A stretch of 64,000 bases of DNA from an uncultured Candidatus Rokubacteria bacterium. Lineage in GTDB: Bacteria; Methylomirabilota; Methylomirabilia; Rokubacteriales; CSP1-6. Position numbers and translations under genes: made by a program. Where the stretch lies: contig CAVVEU010000011.1 of assembly GCA_963747235.1 (NCBI GenBank), positions 1 through 64,000 of the forward strand. Direction: 5' to 3'. Positions within the stretch are counted from its first letter, which is position 1, and every line of letters begins with the position of its first letter. Below, piece by piece: positions 41,306 through 49,749 of the stretch. Below the pieces are notes generated by a model, which was given only the letters and a program-made list of their open reading frames with translations, had not been told where the DNA came from and ran no database searches.

Positions 41306-41824
41306 TCAGCGTACCGGTTGGCGCGGCCCCAGGACGAGGCTTACCGTGTAGTCCGTCCGGTTGTTGTACGTCTCGTACTGGATGACTCCCGTGCGGATCA
41401 TCTCCGTCACCGGCTCCGCGAGCCGCGGCAGTACCGGCGCGAGGTTCTCCGGATAGCGCCCGGAGGGGTCACGGCTTTCCTCGACCGCCCGAGATAGTGC
41501 GTTGACCGCCTTCACCCCTTCGGCGATCGCGGTGTGCGAGCGCCCCGCCAGCACCAGGTAGCCCACGAGTCCGATGTTGATCGCCACCAGCAGCGCGATC
41601 GCGTAGCGTCCCCAGGGAATCGGTCGGGGTGCTTCATCGGGCGCCTCGCCGGCCAGCATCCGCGCCTCGCGGGTGGCCGACTCACTCCGGTACTGGGCGC
41701 AGGTGGCGCAGAGGTCGCGCTCGTCGGGCGCCCGACACCCCACGCAGACCGCGTCGTGACACTGCCGGCAGCGGAAGAGCGCCGGCTCGCCGGGGTGCCG
41801 CAGGCATGCGCCGAGGTCTTTCAT
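41306..41824 (-). CDS. B-box zinc finger + TM + pilin-head-like domain protein
   Basis: CLRHP..CRQC..VCVGC..LCATC; TM YAIALLVAINIGLVGYLVL; LSRAVEESRDPSGRYPENL. Confidence 0.75.
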   Translation of the reverse strand: MKDLGACLRHPGEPALFRCRQCHDAVCVGCRAPDERDLCATCAQYRSESATREARMLAGEAPDEAPRPIPWGRYAIALLVAINIGLVGYLVLAGRSHTAIAEGVKAVNALSRAVEESRDPSGRYPENLAPVLPRLAEPVTEMIRTGVIQYETYNNRTDYTVSLVLGPRQPVR

Positions 41825-41830
41825 GGGCGC

Positions 41831-42397
41831 CTACTTGTAGAAGTTGCCCACGTTGACGGTCACCGTCCACACCTTCTTGCTCGAGCTCAGCTTGGCCTGA
41901 CCGCCAAACATGGGCGCGACCTGAGTCCCGAGAGCGGTCGCGTCGCCCGCGGTCAACGATTGCGCGCTCAGGACCGCGACGGTGCCCTTCTGGCCCTGGT
42001 ACCGGAAGCTCGTGCCCTTCCCGAAGGGTGTGGTGGTGGGCCAGCGCACCAGGTACGGTCCGAACCAGCACGTGGAGCCGGTCGGCCGGGAGACGAGGCC
42101 CGGATCTCCACCGGACTTGGCCGACAGGGGCAGGCCTTCACAATTGGTGGCCAGGTTCAGTAGCCCCGTGCGCATGAACGCCATCTGGGTGGCGGTGGCG
42201 CCGGCGCGCGCGCGCTGGATCAGGCTCTGGGCGGTCAGGAGGCCGAGCGTGGCCAGGATGCCGATCAGGGCTGCCACGACGGCGAGCTCGATCAGGGTGA
42301 ACCCAGGCGAGTCCCGATGCCAGACGCGGTTTGGAGAGCTGACGGCGGAGCCGGCAACCCGGCAAGCCCGAACGGGCGCTGAGCCGGAGAGCGTCAC
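41831..42397 (-). CDS. type IV pilin/GspG-like pseudopilin 2
   Basis: G|FTLIELAVV class III signal; WFGPYL; GTG 7 nt after TAGACT. Confidence 0.88.
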   Translation of the reverse strand: MTLSGSAPVRACRVAGSAVSSPNRVWHRDSPGFTLIELAVVAALIGILATLGLLTAQSLIQRARAGATATQMAFMRTGLLNLATNCEGLPLSAKSGGDPGLVSRPTGSTCWFGPYLVRWPTTTPFGKGTSFRYQGQKGTVAVLSAQSLTAGDATALGTQVAPMFGGQAKLSSSKKVWTVTVNVGNFYK

Positions 42398-42461
42398 GTC
42401 AACCAGTCTAGCATCGTCGGATCTTGCCGCGGGTACGACACCATCGCGGTCGATCCAGGTG

Positions 42462-42971
42462 CTATTTCTGATAGAAGGTCCCGATGTCCACGCTGACCGA
42501 CCAGGTGCCCTTGTTGGAGACGAGCTGTGCCTGGCCGGCGAACATCGGGGCCACCTCGGCGGCGAGGGCCCGCGCGTCGGCGGTCTTGAGGGACTCGACG
42601 CTGAGCTGGGCCGTGAGGCCGGCTTCACCGCGATACTGAAAGGTGGTGCCCCGGCCGAACGATGTGGTTGCCGGCCAGTGTGCGAGGTACGGACCGCTCC
42701 AGCACGCGGCGCCGGTGGGCTGGTAGGCGAGCCCCGGATCCCCGCCCGACCGGGCGGTCGGGGGCAGTCCCTCGCAGCTGGCGGCGAGGTTGAGCAGGGC
42801 GGTGCGCAGGAAGACCATCTGGGTGGCGGTCGCGCTGGCCCGCGCGCGCTGGATCAGCTTCTGGGTGGTCAGGATGGCGAGGACGGTGAGGACACCCATG
42901 AGGGTCAGCACGGTGGCCATCTCGATGAGTGTGAATCCGGGCGGGCCTGCGCGGCCGCGTCGGTAAATCAC
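42462..42971 (-). CDS. type IV pilin/GspG-like pseudopilin 1
   Basis: G|FTLIEMATV class III signal; WSGPYL. Confidence 0.88.
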   Translation of the reverse strand: MIYRRGRAGPPGFTLIEMATVLTLMGVLTVLAILTTQKLIQRARASATATQMVFLRTALLNLAASCEGLPPTARSGGDPGLAYQPTGAACWSGPYLAHWPATTSFGRGTTFQYRGEAGLTAQLSVESLKTADARALAAEVAPMFAGQAQLVSNKGTWSVSVDIGTFYQK

Positions 42972-43034
42972 GTTCCCTGAGCTTAACGCGGTGGGGTGTT
43001 TCCCCCGAAACTTTTGAAGCTCGGCCCGGCCGCC

Positions 43035-43886
43035 CTATCGCGGGGTGACGGGCTCGCCGGCCAGCGCCGTCCGCAGCGCTTCCTCGAACGCGCGGATGCG
43101 GCGCGCGTTGGTGCCGAGATCGCTGCGCCCCACCCGGGAGACCGAGCGCACGTCCACGCGACTGCCCGCGCCGTCGGGCCGCACACGCACCACCACGTCG
43201 TCGCGAAAGCCGAACCAGCGCGTGCGGTCGGTGGCCTCGAGGCGCCCCTCCGCGGGCTCGGTGGCCACGATCTCCCAGCCGAGTCCGCGCGCGACGTCCA
43301 CCGCGCGCGCGAACACGCGGTCGGGCGGCGCGGGGAAGCGCGCGGGCCCGAGATCGGGATAGCCCGCGCGCTGCTGGGCCGCGAGGGCGGCGCCGCCGTG
43401 CTCCGCGGTGTTCGGCGCGCCCTCCCGGCGCGGGAGCACCGCCACGAAGCGCGGCGGGTCGTCGAGATCGGTGGTGATGTCGTGGATCGGAGGCACGCGG
43501 CCCGCGGAGCGCAGGTGGGAGACCGGCACCACCGCGACCGCGGCCAGCAGCACGAGGGTCCCGATGGACAGGATCGCGGTGTTGTTCGCCCGCGCGAGCA
43601 GCGCCAGCACGAGGCCGGCCAGCGCGACGACCACCGCGCCGAGCCCGCCGTAGAGCGTCCAGCGGAAAATGACAAAGCCGGTGCGGAAATCCCACCAGTC
43701 CCAGCGACTGCCCGCGCCGGAGAGCAGGAGCGAGAGCGCCCCGAGCAGAGTGAGCGCGAGGCCGGCGCGCGCCGTGATCGAGGCCGCGCGCGAGAGTCTA
43801 GAGCTCACGCGCTTGACACCGGCGGGCCGCGTGCCTAGAGTCGCGGCAGACCGCACCCATCGTGCTGCCCAGGAGGCCCTTCTCAT
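43035..43886 (-). CDS. DUF1499 membrane protein (start uncertain)
   Basis: PPIHDITTD, QQRAGYPDL, TRWFGFRDDVVVRV, RSVSRVGRSDLGTNARRI. Confidence 0.88.
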   Translation of the reverse strand: MRRASWAARWVRSAATLGTRPAGVKRVSSRLSRAASITARAGLALTLLGALSLLLSGAGSRWDWWDFRTGFVIFRWTLYGGLGAVVVALAGLVLALLARANNTAILSIGTLVLLAAVAVVPVSHLRSAGRVPPIHDITTDLDDPPRFVAVLPRREGAPNTAEHGGAALAAQQRAGYPDLGPARFPAPPDRVFARAVDVARGLGWEIVATEPAEGRLEATDRTRWFGFRDDVVVRVRPDGAGSRVDVRSVSRVGRSDLGTNARRIRAFEEALRTALAGEPVTPR

Positions 43887-44211
43887 GCTGTATGAGCTTC
43901 GGACGTATCACGCGATGCCCGGCCGGCTGCCCGACCTGAACCGCCGGTTTGCCGAGATCACCATGGACTTCTTCAAGAAGCACAATATCCAGGTGGTCGG
44001 CTTCTGGACGAACGAGCTGGGCGGCTCCTCGGACCAGCTCATCTACATGCTCGCCTACGACAGCCTCGCGGACCGCGAGAAGAAGTGGAGCGGGTTCTTC
44101 GCCGACAAGGATCGGCTGGCCAAGTTCGCCGAGACGGAGAAGAACGGGCCGCTGCTGCGCCGGCTCACCGCCCACATTCTCCGGCCGACCGCCTACTCGC
44201 CGATGCAGTAG
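43885..44211 (+). CDS. NIPSNAP family protein
   Basis: YELRTY..PG..FW..LIYML..REKKW..PTAYSP; TTGACA-N17-TAGAGT upstream. Confidence 0.9.
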   Translation: MLYELRTYHAMPGRLPDLNRRFAEITMDFFKKHNIQVVGFWTNELGGSSDQLIYMLAYDSLADREKKWSGFFADKDRLAKFAETEKNGPLLRRLTAHILRPTAYSPMQ

Positions 44212-44385
44212 ATGCGGGGCCTCGCGTTTCTCCTCGCCCTCGCGCTCGCCGGCTGCGGCCCGGCGATCGAGCGGACGTACACCGAGGAGGAGCTCGAGGT
44301 GAAGTGCGTGATGCGCGGGGGCTGGTGGCACCGTGATGACCTGAGGGGCGGCTTCTGCGAGTTCCAGGCGCCGGGCTTCCTGTAG
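44212..44385 (+). CDS. 57-aa lipoprotein (absent from the ORF track)
   Basis: MRGLAFLLALALAGC lipobox; C..RGGWWH..GGFCEF; abuts the NIPSNAP stop. Confidence 0.75.
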   Translation: MRGLAFLLALALAGCGPAIERTYTEEELEVKCVMRGGWWHRDDLRGGFCEFQAPGFL

Positions 44386-44393
44386 GCGGCGGC

Positions 44394-45428
44394 TCAGTCC
44401 ACGCGGAAGACCACGTCCGGGGTGAGGCCGCGCACGCTGGTCTGCCCGGCGAGAGCCATGGACGTCCGCAGCTCGCGTCGCAGGATGTCGAGCGTGCAGG
44501 CCACCCCGGCGGCCCCGTCGGCGGCCAGGCCCCAGAGCGCGGTGCGCCCGATGGCCACCGCGTCGGCGCCCCACGCCACGCCCTTGAGCACGTCGGTGCC
44601 GCGGGCGAAGCCGCCGTCCACGATGATGCTGGCCGCGTCGCCGACCGCGTCACGCACCGCGGGGAGCGCGTCGATGCTGGCCTGGGTCGCGTCGAGCTGC
44701 CGGCCGCCGTGATTGGACACCCAGATCAGCTCCACGCCGGCCTCGACCGCGCGGCGACCGTCGCGCGCGGTCATGATGCCCTTGAGGCCGATGGGGAGCT
44801 TCGTGGTCTTGCGCAGCCAGTCCACGTCGGCCCAGGTCAGGCGCGCCGGGTACTCCGGATCGGGCGGGCGCGGGTTCGGCGCCTTCAGCATGGCCTCGCG
44901 CGGGCTGAAGCGCGCGACGATGTCGCGCTCGCGCCGGCTGTAGACCTGCACGTCCACCGTGAGGCACACCGAGAGGTAGCCCGAGGCTTCGACGCGCGCG
45001 AGCAGGTCCGCCACCCAGGCCCGGTCGCCCATGTGGTAGAGCTGGAACATCTTGGGGCCGGGCGCGGCCTCCGCCACCGCCTCGACCGACCAGCCGGTGG
45101 CGCCGCTCAGGAACTGCAGCGTATCGCCCTTGGCCGCCCCGCGCGCCATCTCGCGATCGCCCTCGGGATGGAAAAGGACGAGCCCGCCCATGGGCGCGAT
45201 CACCACCGGCCAGGAGAGCGGGATGCCGATCAGCGACGTGGTCAGATCGACGTGGCGCACGTCCACGAGGATGTCCTGGCGGACGGCCAGGCGTCGGATC
45301 GCGCGCCGGTTGCGGCGCAACGTGGTCTCGGTCTCGGTGCCGCCCGCGCCGAAGTTGTACGAATTGCGCGGCAGGCGGGCTTTGGCCGCGCGGTGGATCT
45401 CCGGGATCGTCACGAAGGGCTCGGTCAT
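44394..45428 (-). CDS. FMN-dependent alpha-hydroxy acid oxidase (second paralog)
   Basis: GGTETETTLRRN, LKGI, VSNHGGRQLD, DGGFARGTDVLK. Confidence 0.92.
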   Translation of the reverse strand: MTEPFVTIPEIHRAAKARLPRNSYNFGAGGTETETTLRRNRRAIRRLAVRQDILVDVRHVDLTTSLIGIPLSWPVVIAPMGGLVLFHPEGDREMARGAAKGDTLQFLSGATGWSVEAVAEAAPGPKMFQLYHMGDRAWVADLLARVEASGYLSVCLTVDVQVYSRRERDIVARFSPREAMLKAPNPRPPDPEYPARLTWADVDWLRKTTKLPIGLKGIMTARDGRRAVEAGVELIWVSNHGGRQLDATQASIDALPAVRDAVGDAASIIVDGGFARGTDVLKGVAWGADAVAIGRTALWGLAADGAAGVACTLDILRRELRTSMALAGQTSVRGLTPDVVFRVD

Positions 45429-45443
45429 GGCGGGTAACATAAC

Positions 45444-45998
45444 ATGCCGCTGAAGCCGGTGCCGTACCGGAGCCTGCGCGCCCTGCTGCGGCGGGAGCTG
45501 CTCACCGAGGAGCACGCGGGGACGGCGGTCCTCATCCGGCGGCTGGCCCACGTCAAGGCGACGGGCGGTTTCACCCGCACAGAATTTCTCGCGATGTGCC
45601 GCTGGAAGAGCCCGCGCTCGCGGCGCCACTACGAGCGGAACTCCGCGGGGACGATCCGGCGCGTGTCGCGCGCGGTGCTCGCCGCGCGCAGCGAGCGCGA
45701 GCGCATGAGCCGACTGATCGCGCTGCCCGGGGTGAGCGTGGCGACCGCCTCCGCCATCCTGACCCTGATCGATCCGCGCCGCTACGGGGTGCTCGACATC
45801 CGCTGCTGGCAGATCCTGTTCAGCATCCGGTCGGTGGCGGGAAACAAGCGCGGGCGGGCGTTCACGGTGTCACAGTGGGAGCAATACCTGGAGCGGCTGC
45901 GGGGCCACGCGCGCGCCCTCGACGTCTCGGCGCGAATGATCGAGTACACCCTCTTCCACTGCCACCGGAAGCTGCAGCGCGGGCGGCTCTATGACTGA
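45444..45998 (+). CDS. HhH-motif protein, DNA-glycosylase-like
   Basis: CRWKSPR, LPGVSVATASAIL, YGVLD. Confidence 0.6.
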   Translation: MPLKPVPYRSLRALLRRELLTEEHAGTAVLIRRLAHVKATGGFTRTEFLAMCRWKSPRSRRHYERNSAGTIRRVSRAVLAARSERERMSRLIALPGVSVATASAILTLIDPRRYGVLDIRCWQILFSIRSVAGNKRGRAFTVSQWEQYLERLRGHARALDVSARMIEYTLFHCHRKLQRGRLYD

Positions 45999-46019
45999 CG
46001 CCGCCCGCGCGAGCTCCGG

Positions 46020-46457
46020 TCAGGCCGAGCGGACGAGGACGACCGGCACCGGCGAGGTGTGGAGCAGCTTCTCGCCGATCCCACTGCCGGTGAGGCGCTC
46101 GAACCAGCTCCGGCGGGCCGCGGTCACCACGATCATGTCCGCGTCGAAGGCTTCCGCCTCCACGAGGATTTCCTGCTCGGGCACCCCGAACCGCACCACG
46201 GTCTCGGTGGACACCGGGGCGAGCTGCGCCTCGACGCTCTCGAGATAATCGCGGCCCTCGGCGCTCAGGCGCTCCATCTCCTGGTCCGCGTAGGCCACCA
46301 CGCGCCCGGTGTTGCTCACGCGGTGCTCGGGAACCGGGTACACCTGCAGCAGCCGGACGCCGCCGCCGCTGCCGCGGGCCAGGTCGGCCGCCAGGGCGGC
46401 CGCTACCTCCGCGGATTCACTGCCGTCCAACGGAACAAGAATGCGTTTTGCCATCAT
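46020..46457 (-). CDS. universal stress protein
   Basis: RILVPLDGSE, ADMIVV, GSGIGEKLL..PVVLV. Confidence 0.92.
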   Translation of the reverse strand: MMAKRILVPLDGSESAEVAAALAADLARGSGGGVRLLQVYPVPEHRVSNTGRVVAYADQEMERLSAEGRDYLESVEAQLAPVSTETVVRFGVPEQEILVEAEAFDADMIVVTAARRSWFERLTGSGIGEKLLHTSPVPVVLVRSA

Positions 46458-46483
46458 GGTGTTCTCCTTCCACACGCTCTTTC

Positions 46484-46536
46484 GATGGCGGAAGGGCGCC
46501 GATGGATTCGGAATCTCTCGAGAGGTCTGGCGCATC
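46484..46536. promoter_or_regulatory. back-to-back divergent alternative-sigma-like promoters
   Basis: GAATC-N16-GCATC on + and GAATC-N16-CCATC on -. Confidence 0.5.
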
Positions 46537-46561
46537 TCAACGTGCGGAAGGAGAGAACGCC

Positions 46562-46912
46562 ATGATCGAGATTGTGGTAGCTACATTGATCGGGCTGGTG
46601 CTGGTGGTCGGACCGCTTGCCTGGCGCGTGGCCCGGGACCGCAGCGAGTCCCGCGCCCTGTCGATTCGCGCCTACGTCCAGTCCCTCGTGGATCGGAAGC
46701 TGGGCGGCGAGTCGTTTGTGTCGGTGCAGGTGACGCCGCGCGGGCTGTGGAGCGTCGGGCAGGTGGTGGTGGCCGTCCCCGGCGGCTGGGAGTGGCTGCT
46801 GGAAGAGGTCTGGCCGGTGCTGATGGCGCGCACACCGCGCGGTTACGAGCTGGTCGTGCGCCGCGGCGAGGCCGCGCGCGCCCCGCAGCGGCAGCTCAAG
46901 CGCGTCGCCTGA
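46562..46912 (+). CDS. N-terminally anchored hypothetical protein
   Basis: SD GGAAGGAG; TM MIEIVVATLIGLVLVVGPLAW. Confidence 0.65.
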   Translation: MIEIVVATLIGLVLVVGPLAWRVARDRSESRALSIRAYVQSLVDRKLGGESFVSVQVTPRGLWSVGQVVVAVPGGWEWLLEEVWPVLMARTPRGYELVVRRGEAARAPQRQLKRVA

Positions 46913-46969
46913 CCCCCGCTTGCTGGCCGGGTTCCCCCTCGCGTAACATCCGGGTGAGGGGGAACCCAC

Positions 46970-48101
46970 ATGCATGTCGGGATGGCCGCCGTCTTCCAGA
47001 ACCCGGGCCAAGCGCGGACCGATCGTGACGTTTATGTGAACGAGCTGCGCCTGGCCGAGCTGGCCGAGCCGCTCGGGTTCGAATCGGTGTGGGGCGTGGA
47101 GCACCACTTCACGGACTACACCATGTGCCCCGACGTCCTGCAGTTCCTCTCCTACATGGCCGGCCGCACCCGCACCATCCAGCTCGGCTCCATGGTCGTC
47201 GTGCTGCCCGTGGCACGACCCGATGCGCGTGGCCGAGGAAGTGTCCATGCTCGACAATCTCTCGGGCGGCCGCTTGATCCTCGGAATGGGGCGCGGAGCG
47301 GGCAAGGTGGAGTTCGACGGCTTCCGCCTGTCTATGGACGAATCGCGCCCGCGCTTCGTGGAGTGCGCGGAGATGCTGCTGCGCGGCCTGGAGCAGGGCT
47401 ACTGCGAGTACGACGGCGCCTTCGTCAAGCAGCCGCGCGCCGCGATCCGGCCCGCGCCGTTCAAGTCCTTCCGCGGACGCACCTACGCGGCGGCGGTCTC
47501 CCCCGAATCGGTGCGCATCATGGCCGAGCTGGGCGTCGGCATCCTGATCATCCCCCAGAAGCCGTGGAAGGAAGTGGCGCGCGAGCTCGAGGCCTATCGC
47601 GAGGTGTACCGCCAGGTGAACGGGGTGGACGCGCCCGCGCCGATCTCGGCGGGCTGGACCTTCTGCGATCCGAGCTCGGCCCGCGCCGAGGAGATGGCGC
47701 GCCGCTACATCGGCGGCTACTACCAGACCGTGCTCGACCATTACCAGTTCCAGGGCGATCACCTCGCCCACACCAAGGGCTACGAGTACTACGGCAAGAT
47801 GGCGGAGAAGATCCACCAGTACGGCACCGACACCGTCATCGACTACTTCATGAATCTCCAGGTGTGGGGTACGCCCGAGCAGTGCCACGAGAAGATCCTG
47901 GACATCCACGCGCGCACCGGCAACAGCCACTACGTGGGCGTGTTCGGCTACGCGGGCATGCCCTATGACGAGGCGGAGCGCAACCTGCGCTACTTCGCGA
48001 AGGAAGTGATGCCGCAGCTCCAGAAGCTCGACACCACCGCGGTCCCGGCCGGGCGCGCCCGAGCCGCCGAGAAGCCCGGCGTCGGCCTCCTAGGCTCCTG
48101 A
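46970..48101 (+). CDS. LLM-class flavin-dependent oxidoreductase (indel near 47208)
   Basis: AEPLGFESVWGVEHHF, LDNLSGGRLILGMGRG, GTPEQC. Confidence 0.9.
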
Positions 48102-48107
48102 GCATCA

Positions 48108-48175
48108 CCCTCTCCCCAAGGGGGAGAGGGCAGGGTGAGGGGGCCGAGTGGTGAGGGGGCCGAGCGGTGAGGGGG
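48108..48175. repeat. REP singlet followed by a 16-bp tandem expansion of its tail
   Basis: CCCTCTCCCCAAGGGGGAGAGGGCAG + (GGTGAGGGGGCCGAGy)x2 + GGTGAGGGGG. Confidence 0.8.
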
Positions 48176-48177
48176 TC

Positions 48178-48917
48178 CTACGCCATCGAGCCGCCGTCGA
48201 CGGGGTAGATCGCGCCGGTGATGTAGACGGCGTCGGCGCTGCACAGGAAGGTCACCAGCGCCGCCACCTCGTCGGGCGTGCCGTACCGCTTCAGCGGGAT
48301 CACCCCCGCCATCCGATCGTGGAAGGCGGCCGGGTTCCCGGGATTGGTGCCCTCCTCGAGCTGCCGCACCATGTCGGTCTGGATCGGGCTCGGGCAGACC
48401 GCGTTGACCCGGATATGGTCGGGCGCCAGCTCGAGCGCGGTGCTGCGGGTGATGCCGACCACCGCGTGCTTGCTGGCGGTGTAGGCCACCAGGTTGCGCG
48501 AGCCGCGCAGGCCCGCGATGGACGCGGTGTTGACGATGACGCCGCCGCCCCGCGCGCGGAGCAGCGGCGCCACCGTCTTGATGCCAAGCCAGACGCCCTT
48601 GACGTTGATCGCGAGCACCCGGTCGAAAACGTCCTCCGGATAGTTCACCAGGGGGCTCACCGCGCCCAGGATGCCCGCGTTGTTGAAGAAGCAGTCGATG
48701 CCGCCGAAGCGCTCGGCGACCGCCGCGGCGTAGCGGGCCACGTCGGCGGCCCGCCTTCTCGACCGCGGCCAGGGACTCGCGCAGGCCTTCGCGCGAGACG
48801 TCCACCAGCCCGACCCGCGCGCCCTCCGCGGCGAAGCGCACCGCGGCGGCGCGCCCGATGCCCCCGGCCGCGCCGGTGATCAGCGCGACCTTTCCCTCGA
48901 AGCGGGGCGGCGGCCAC
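48178..48917 (-). CDS. SDR oxidoreductase (indels and an apparent short deletion near 48750)
   Basis: TGAAGGIG, NNAGI, YTASKHAV, VNAVCP, VDGG. Confidence 0.88.
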
Positions 48918-48924
48918 GTGATCC

Positions 48925-49273
48925 TCAGATCGCGGCGACGACCATGATCTCGACCACGTACTTCGGCGAGGCCAGCCGCGCCTCCACGGTGGCGCGGGCC
49001 GGCGTGTTGGCCGGATCCACCCAGGCGTCCCAGGCCGCGTTCATGTCGTTGTAGAGCGCCCATGCTGGCCACGTAGATGGTGGCGGAGAGCAGCTTGGAC
49101 TTGTGGCTGCCCGTCGCGGCCAGGAGGTCGTCGATCTTCTTCAAGATCTGCTCCGTCTGGCCCTTGGCGTCGGCCGACGGATCGCCGGCCACGAGGCCGG
49201 CCAGGTAGACGGTGTTGCCGTGGACGACGGCCTGACTCAGTCGGGGTCCCACGCCGTGACGCTTGACGCTCAT
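48925..49273 (-). CDS. RidA/YjgF family (indel near 49058)
   Basis: [30 protein letters not shown]. Confidence 0.9.
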
Positions 49274-49353
49274 CGCGCTCTCCTTGTCGTTGAGGGTGGC
49301 TTGGCTGAATACGGTCGGGCGGCGTATGATTCTGTCACAATTCGAACGGCGCG

Positions 49354-49743
49354 ATGGATTTTCTCACCTGGAAAGGACGGCCGGTGGACATCCGCAGGGC
49401 GGTGGGCATGGCGGGGCTGGCGCTGCTCCTCTTCGCGTGCGAGCGCGAGGAGAAGATGGTGCGCGAGGACCTACCGATGGCCCGCACCACCAAGGCCCGC
49501 AGCGACGCGCAGGCCATCGCGACCGCGGTCAACACCTATCGCGCGAGCTGCGGCGGGACGCTGCCCGAGTCGCTGGAGGCGCTGACCACCCAGACCACCG
49601 TGAGTGGCGCGCCCTGCGGCCCGATGCTCGGCTCGATCCCGACCCCGCCGCCCGGCTGGTCCGCGTACGTCTACGCGCGCCAGGGCGACACGTCGTTCAC
49701 CGTGACCTCGAGCAGCGGCACGCAGACCGTCTCGGCGCCATAG
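49354..49743 (+). CDS. lipoprotein with pilin/GspG-like globular domain
   Basis: LALLLFAC lipobox; ARTTKARSDAQAIATAVNTYRASCGGTLPESLEAL..GPML..IPTPP. Confidence 0.7.
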   Translation: MDFLTWKGRPVDIRRAVGMAGLALLLFACEREEKMVREDLPMARTTKARSDAQAIATAVNTYRASCGGTLPESLEALTTQTTVSGAPCGPMLGSIPTPPPGWSAYVYARQGDTSFTVTSSSGTQTVSAP

Positions 49744-49749
49744 CCCTCC

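Noticed and set aside
48134-48175. 16-bp direct repeats as a mini CRISPR array
   Set aside because: Contiguous tandem copies of a REP tail with no spacers and no cas genes.
47990-49273. RidA-SDR fusion protein
   Set aside because: Created by an indel in ridA; each gene has its own stop or start.
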